The notes beneath the pieces are model-generated. The model saw only the letters and a program-made list of their open reading frames with translations. It did not search any database and was not told the DNA's origin. Positions 59,562 to 64,000 of a stretch of DNA of 64,000 nt are shown piece by piece. Position 1 is the first letter of the stretch, and each line of letters starts with the position of its first letter. Position numbers and translations under genes: made by a program. This stretch comes from an uncultured Clostridia bacterium (GTDB lineage Bacteria; Bacillota; Clostridia; TANB77; CAG-508): the NCBI GenBank assembly GCA_934120645.1, contig CAKOUO010000006.1, positions 3,637 through 67,636 on the forward strand. Reading direction: 5' to 3'.

Positions 59562-60038
59562 TTAATTAGCAAAAGTATGACATAAATTTACTAAATTATC
59601 ATATTTGTTACCTATTGATTTTATATCTAAAATTCTTGAATTATCATCATCTGAATTTTTAGAAAAATCAATCTTTATATAATCTTTTGGTAAAGCATCT
59701 TCAATAATTTCGCCCCATTCAATAATGCAAATACCATTTTCAAAATATTCTTCACCGCCTATTTCATAAAACTCTGAAGAGTCAGCAAGTCTATAAACAT
59801 CAAAATGATAAATATTAATATCATTTTTAGAATATTCATTAACAATAGTAAAAGTTGGGCTAGATATTTCATTTTCTAAACCAAAAAAAGACAAAATACC
59901 TTCTGTAAATTTAGTCTTGCCAGAACCTAAATCTCCAGAAAGAACAATTACATCTTTCTTATTTAAATAAGAGGCAAATTTTTTAGCAAACTGCAAAGTA
60001 TCATCTGCAGATTTTGAATTAAACTTAAAATTAACCAC
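59562..60038 (-). CDS. tsaE: tRNA threonylcarbamoyladenosine biosynthesis ATPase TsaE
   Basis: GDLGSGKTKF, SPTFTIVNEY, HFDVYRL. GTG start at 60038 with GGAGG SD. The track extension to 60089 is rejected. Confidence 0.85.
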   Translation of the reverse strand: MVNFKFNSKSADDTLQFAKKFASYLNKKDVIVLSGDLGSGKTKFTEGILSFFGLENEISSPTFTIVNEYSKNDINIYHFDVYRLADSSEFYEIGGEEYFENGICIIEWGEIIEDALPKDYIKIDFSKNSDDDNSRILDIKSIGNKYDNLVNLCHTFAN

Positions 60039-60115
60039 GAAAAATCCTCCTAAATTAGTTAAACTTACATAAACAATATTATAATACAAAAAAATAAAAA
60101 ATTCAATGAAACCTA

Positions 60116-60144
60116 TTGATAATTTTAAATAATTGTAATATAAT
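60116..60144 (+). promoter_or_regulatory. sigma-A promoter of mreB
   Basis: TTGATA (60116-60121), 17-nt spacer, TATAAT (60139-60144). Confidence 0.5.
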
Positions 60145-60231
60145 CGTAATGAATTTGTAATGAAAAAGAAACAAAACCTAAAGACAAAAAAATAGAAGAG
60201 TAAATATATAATATAGAAGGGAAGATATTAC

Positions 60232-61239
60232 ATGTTTAAATTTGGATTTGGACAAGATATAGGAATAGATTTAGGTACAGCAACAGTAATTGTATATGTT
60301 AAAGGAAAAGGTATTGTATTAAGAGAACCATCAGTTGTAGCAGTTGACAATAACTCTGGAGATGTACTAGCAGTTGGAGGAGAAGCAAGAAGAATGCTTG
60401 GAAGAACTCCAGGAAATATAATAGCAACAAGACCACTAAGAGAAGGAGTTATATCAGACTATACAGTTACAGAAAAAATGTTAAAATATTTTATCGGCAA
60501 AGTATGTGAAAAATCACTATTCGCACCAAGAATTATGATATGTATACCTTCACAAGTAACAGAAGTAGAGAAAAAAGCTGTAATAGATGCAGCAGTAGCA
60601 GCAGGAGCAAGAAAAGTCTATTTAATAGAAGAACCAATAGCAGCAGCAATAGGTGCAGGAATAGATATAGCAAAACCATGTGGAAATATGGTAGTAGATA
60701 TCGGAGGAGGAACATCAGATATAGCTGTAATTTCATTAGGAGGATCAGTTGTAAGTTCTTCTATAAAAGTAGCAGGAGATAAATTTGATGAATATATAGT
60801 AAAATATATAAAAAAGAAGCATAATGTAGCAATCGGAGAAAGAACAGCAGAAGATTTAAAAGTAAATATAGGATGTGTATATCCAAAAATTCAAGATGCA
60901 GAAATGGATATAAGAGGAAGAGATTTATCAACTGGATTACCAAAAACAGTTACAATTCACTCAAGCGAAATGTTAGAAGCATTAATAGAACCAGCAATGA
61001 TGATTGTAGATGCAGTACATGGAGTATTAGAAAGAACACCACCAGAATTAGCAGCAGATATTAGTGATAAAGGAATTTATATGACAGGTGGAGGTTGTTT
61101 AATAGATGGATTAGATAAACTTTTACAAGAAAAAACAGGAATTAATGTTATGATAGCTCAAGACTCTGTATCATGTGTAGCATTAGGAACAGGAAAAGCA
61201 CTAGATAATTTAGATGTATTAGAAGGAAAGTCAAAATAG
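60232..61239 (+). CDS. mreB: rod shape-determining protein MreB
   Basis: GIDLGTATVIVYVKGKGIVLREPSVVA, VVDIGGGTSD. Confidence 0.95.
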   Translation: MFKFGFGQDIGIDLGTATVIVYVKGKGIVLREPSVVAVDNNSGDVLAVGGEARRMLGRTPGNIIATRPLREGVISDYTVTEKMLKYFIGKVCEKSLFAPRIMICIPSQVTEVEKKAVIDAAVAAGARKVYLIEEPIAAAIGAGIDIAKPCGNMVVDIGGGTSDIAVISLGGSVVSSSIKVAGDKFDEYIVKYIKKKHNVAIGERTAEDLKVNIGCVYPKIQDAEMDIRGRDLSTGLPKTVTIHSSEMLEALIEPAMMIVDAVHGVLERTPPELAADISDKGIYMTGGGCLIDGLDKLLQEKTGINVMIAQDSVSCVALGTGKALDNLDVLEGKSK

Positions 61240-61247
61240 ATATTAAC

Positions 61248-61290
61248 AAAAATAGAATTGCAAATTGCAGAATTTAGCAATTCTATTTTT
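61248..61290 (+). terminator. intrinsic terminator after mreB
   Basis: Perfect 13-14 bp stem AAAAATAGAATTGC/GCAATTCTATTTTT. Confidence 0.7.
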
Positions 61291-61313
61291 AGATAAAAGG
61301 AGAAAAATATACA

Positions 61314-62628
61314 ATGAGTAAAGTAGTAAAATTTATAACACTTGGCTGTAAAGTAAATCAATATGAAACAAACGCAATGGCACAAAAATTCTTAGAAAAA
61401 GGATATGAAATAATAGAAGAAGAAACAAAAAAAAATGAAAATAAAATTCCAGATATTTGTATAATAAATACATGCACAGTAACAAATATGTCAGACAGAA
61501 AATCAAGACAAATGTTAAGAAGAGTAAAAGAAAATAATGAGAAAACTATAGTAGTAGCTTGCCGGATGTTATGCACAAGTGGCTAAAGAAGAATTAAATA
61601 AAATACCAGAAATAGATTTAGTATTAGGAAATAATGAAAAAGTAGATATTGTAAAACATGTAGAAGAATATATAAAAAATAACACTCAAAATATTGAAAT
61701 AGAAGATGTAATGCAATCAAGAGAATTTTCAGACTTTGGAGATATAACATTTACAGAAAAAACAAGAGCAGTTATAAAAATACAAGATGGATGTGATAGA
61801 TTTTGCTCATATTGCATTATTCCATATGCAAGAGGAAGAGTTAGAAGTAGAAAACCAGAAAGCATTATATCTGAAGTACAAAAAATTTCAGAAGAAGGAA
61901 TAAAAGAAGTAGTTATAACAGGCATTCATATAGCATCATATGGAAAAGATTTTAAAAACAATTACAATTTAATTGACTTATTAGAGGAAATAAACAAAAT
62001 TGAAGGAATAGAAAGAATCAGATTAGGTTCAATAGAACCATTATTAATAACAGAAGAATTTGTAGAAAGATTAAAAAAATTAGAAAAAATATGCCATCAC
62101 TTCCATTTATCTTTACAAAGTGGATGTGATGAAACATTAAAAAGAATGAATAGAAGATATACAACACAGCAATTTAAGGAAATAACAGAAAGACTAAGAA
62201 AAACATATAATGATGTTAATTTAACAACAGATATAATAGTAGGTTTTCCAGGAGAAACAGAAAATGAATTCAATAAAACATACGAATTTTTAAAAGAAAT
62301 TAAATTTTATAAAATGCATATATTTAAATATTCACAAAGAAAAGGAACAAAAGCAGCTATAATGGAAAACCAAATACCAGGAGACATCAAAGAAAAAAGA
62401 AGCAAGAAGCTTATAGAATTATCTAACAAGAATGAGATTGAATATAACAAAGAATACATAGGAAAAGAAGTAGAAGTATTATTTGAAGAAGAAAAAGATG
62501 GAGTATATAAAGGACATACAGCAAATTATATGTTAATCCAATGTAAAACAAATGAAAATTTAGAAAATAAAATAAAAAAAGTAAAATGTGTAAAAGCAGA
62601 TATTGATCATATAGAAGCAGAAATATAA
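61314..62628 (+). pseudogene. mtaB: tRNA t6A37 methylthiotransferase MtaB (radical SAM, MiaB-like) interrupted by a +1 frameshift
   Basis: ORFs 61314..61586 and 61579..62628 are collinear halves. Removing one C from TGCCGGATG (61560-61568) restores ...VVACGCYAQVAKEEL... CDRFCSYCIIPYARG radical-SAM motif. TRAM-like C-terminus. Confidence 0.8.
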
Positions 62629-62702
62629 ATTAAAATGTAAATATGTAACAAAAATGTAATAAATATGTAATAAAAACTTAACACAAAAAAAATTTAAAAA
62701 GC

Positions 62703-62731
62703 TTGATTAATAAAAAATTATATAGTATAAA
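62703..62731 (+). promoter_or_regulatory. putative sigma-A promoter
   Basis: TTGATT (62703-62708), 17-nt spacer, TATAAA (62726-62731). Confidence 0.4.
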
Positions 62732-62769
62732 TAAAATAGCTGAAATAAAATACAAAGGAGGAAATAATA

Positions 62770-63090
62770 ATGTCAGAATTAGATCAAAATAATACACCAA
62801 ATGTATTTGGAGGAGTTTCATTTGAAAATACTGAAATAGAAGCAGAAGGAATGCCAGAAAATGCAGGAACAATAAGAAATACAGCATTACCTACAAAAGT
62901 AGGATTTTGGCAAAAATTTAAAGCATTTTGGTTACAAGAAATAGATTGGAACAAGGAAATAAAAGTTGTATTAACACCAAAGCAACAAAAAGTAGAAGAT
63001 GAAATAAATGAATTTTTACATCAAGAAATAACTTGGGAAAAAGTACATGACTTTTTATTCCAAGAAGTTACATTTGGAAAAAATAAATAA
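62770..63090 (+). CDS. hypothetical protein
   Basis: Strong SD (AAAGGAGG). 106 aa, rich in Trp and acidic residues, no recognised motif. Confidence 0.35.
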   Translation: MSELDQNNTPNVFGGVSFENTEIEAEGMPENAGTIRNTALPTKVGFWQKFKAFWLQEIDWNKEIKVVLTPKQQKVEDEINEFLHQEITWEKVHDFLFQEVTFGKNK

Positions 63091-63121
63091 TGTCCTTTTG
63101 GGGACGTTTCCCAAATGGACA
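63091..63121 (+). repeat. REP-A copy 7
   Basis: TGTCCTTTTGGGGACGTTTCCCAAATGGACA. Begins immediately after a TAA stop and lies 168 nt upstream of the RAYT-like gene. Confidence 0.85.
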
Positions 63122-63192
63122 AAATCAAAATAAAGTTTCAATTTGTAAGTATGTTTGCACAAATGTGAATTTTTTATGAAAAATGGGAAAAG

Positions 63193-63231
63193 AGTATAGC
63201 ATATAAAAATAAAATGTGCTATACTTTTTTT
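63193..63231 (+). terminator. intrinsic terminator
   Basis: AGTATAGCA-loop-TGCTATACT followed by TTTTTT. Confidence 0.65.
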
Positions 63232-63289
63232 GATATTTCTGGGGGAAAAATAAAGTGGGAAAGACAATAAAGATTAAGGAGAGTGCTAA

Positions 63290-64000
63290 ATGCCCAGATA
63301 TAATAGACAATATAGTGAAATAAAAGTATATCATGTTATTATAAGAGGAATAAATAAACAGAATATCTTCTTAGATGACAAAGATAAAACAAAGTTCTTA
63401 AAAATACTAATTGAAACAAAAGAAAAGTATGAATATGAAATTTATGCGTATTGTTTAATGAGTAATCATATCCATATTGTTATTTATGATAAAAAAAACA
63501 AATTATCAACAATAATGCAAAGCATAGAAATAAGTTATTCACTATACTTTAACAAAAAATATAACAGAATAGGACACCTATTTCAAAATAGATTTTTGAG
63601 TAAAAAGGTAGAAGATAGAAATTATTTTATGCAAGTATGCAGATATATTCATAAAAATCCATTAAAAGCAGGAATTGCAAAGACAGAAGAATATAAATGG
63701 AGCAGTTTTAGAGAATATATAGGAAAACCTTCTATTAGCAATTGTGAAAAATTACTATCAGTATTTTCAAATAATGAAATAGAAGCCAAAAAATATTTTG
63801 TTCAATTTCATAATATTAATAGTGATAAAGAAATTCATGAATTACTTGAATTTGAAATGGAAGAAAAAATTAGTGATGAACAATTAAAAAAATATATAAG
63901 TGAAACATTAGAAATGGATAATATATATCAAATTATAGAATTAAATAAAAAAGAAAGAAATAAATTACTAGCAAAAATAAAAGAAACAAAAGAAATTACA
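63290..64000 (+). CDS. IS200/IS605-type Y1 (HUH) transposase, REP-associated tyrosine transposase (RAYT)-like; 3' end beyond the window
   Basis: Not in the ORF track because there is no stop in the window. ATG 63290 with AAGGAG SD. Translates as MPRYNRQYSEIKVYHVIIRG...YAYCLMSNHIHIVIY (HUH)...GHLFQNRF...CRYIHKNPLKAG (catalytic Tyr context). Open for 237 codons to nt 64000. Confidence 0.8.
   Translation, partial: MPRYNRQYSEIKVYHVIIRGINKQNIFLDDKDKTKFLKILIETKEKYEYEIYAYCLMSNHIHIVIYDKKNKLSTIMQSIEISYSLYFNKKYNRIGHLFQNRFLSKKVEDRNYFMQVCRYIHKNPLKAGIAKTEEYKWSSFREYIGKPSISNCEKLLSVFSNNEIEAKKYFVQFHNINSDKEIHELLEFEMEEKISDEQLKKYISETLEMDNIYQIIELNKKERNKLLAKIKETKEIT

Overview
This is a very AT-rich chromosomal segment, by eye about three quarters A+T. 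It comes from a low-GC, endospore-forming Firmicute that looks Clostridia-like: it carries gpr, dpaA, a ytxC-like gene and a CIRCE-controlled hrcA-grpE-dnaK-dnaJ operon. Standard code 11 applies, because TGA clearly acts as a stop. Most genes are on the + strand and have strong AGGAG-type Shine-Dalgarno (SD) sites.

Backbone genes: tRNA-Gln, priA-def-fmt, asp23-amaP-DUF2273-nusB-xseA-xseB, fhs, gpr, GH57/DUF4912, rpsB-tsf, the dnaK operon, ruvB, polA, dpaA, uppP, dxs, ylmH-like, tsaE-tsaB-rimI, mreB and mtaB.

Accessory content:
1. A dispersed 31-nt GC-rich palindromic REP-like element has 7 copies, and a related second family forms an inverted doublet. Copies almost always sit directly at stop codons. 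One supplies the polA stop codon and another rewrites the dxs C-terminus.
2. A RAYT-like IS200/IS605 Y1 (HUH) transposase gene runs off the right edge of the window, with a REP copy 168 nt upstream. It is absent from the ORF track.
3. Three dispersed paralogs encode 540-640 aa proteins with a prepilin-type N-terminus (K/N-G|ITLI(A/S)LV...) that lacks the canonical Glu5. They carry Ig/FN3/Big_2-type domains. No pilus machinery lies nearby. A fourth related protein lacks the pilin motif.
4. A tightly packed envelope-glycosylation island (Alg14/Alg13-like, GT2, four or five polytopic GT-C/GtrII-like proteins, a FAD oxidoreductase and a beta-propeller glycosidase-like protein) has ruvB embedded in it. 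It is interrupted by a decaying insertion containing a QueH-GNAT fusion, a histidine-kinase remnant and a split ATC-hydrolase gene.
5. A small islet holds an Rpn-like nuclease remnant and a sortase-anchored VWA protein.

Other observations are a 1-nt frameshift in mtaB and two genes whose conserved N-termini lack a canonical start codon.

All calls rest on motif recognition by eye. No searches or alignments were run.
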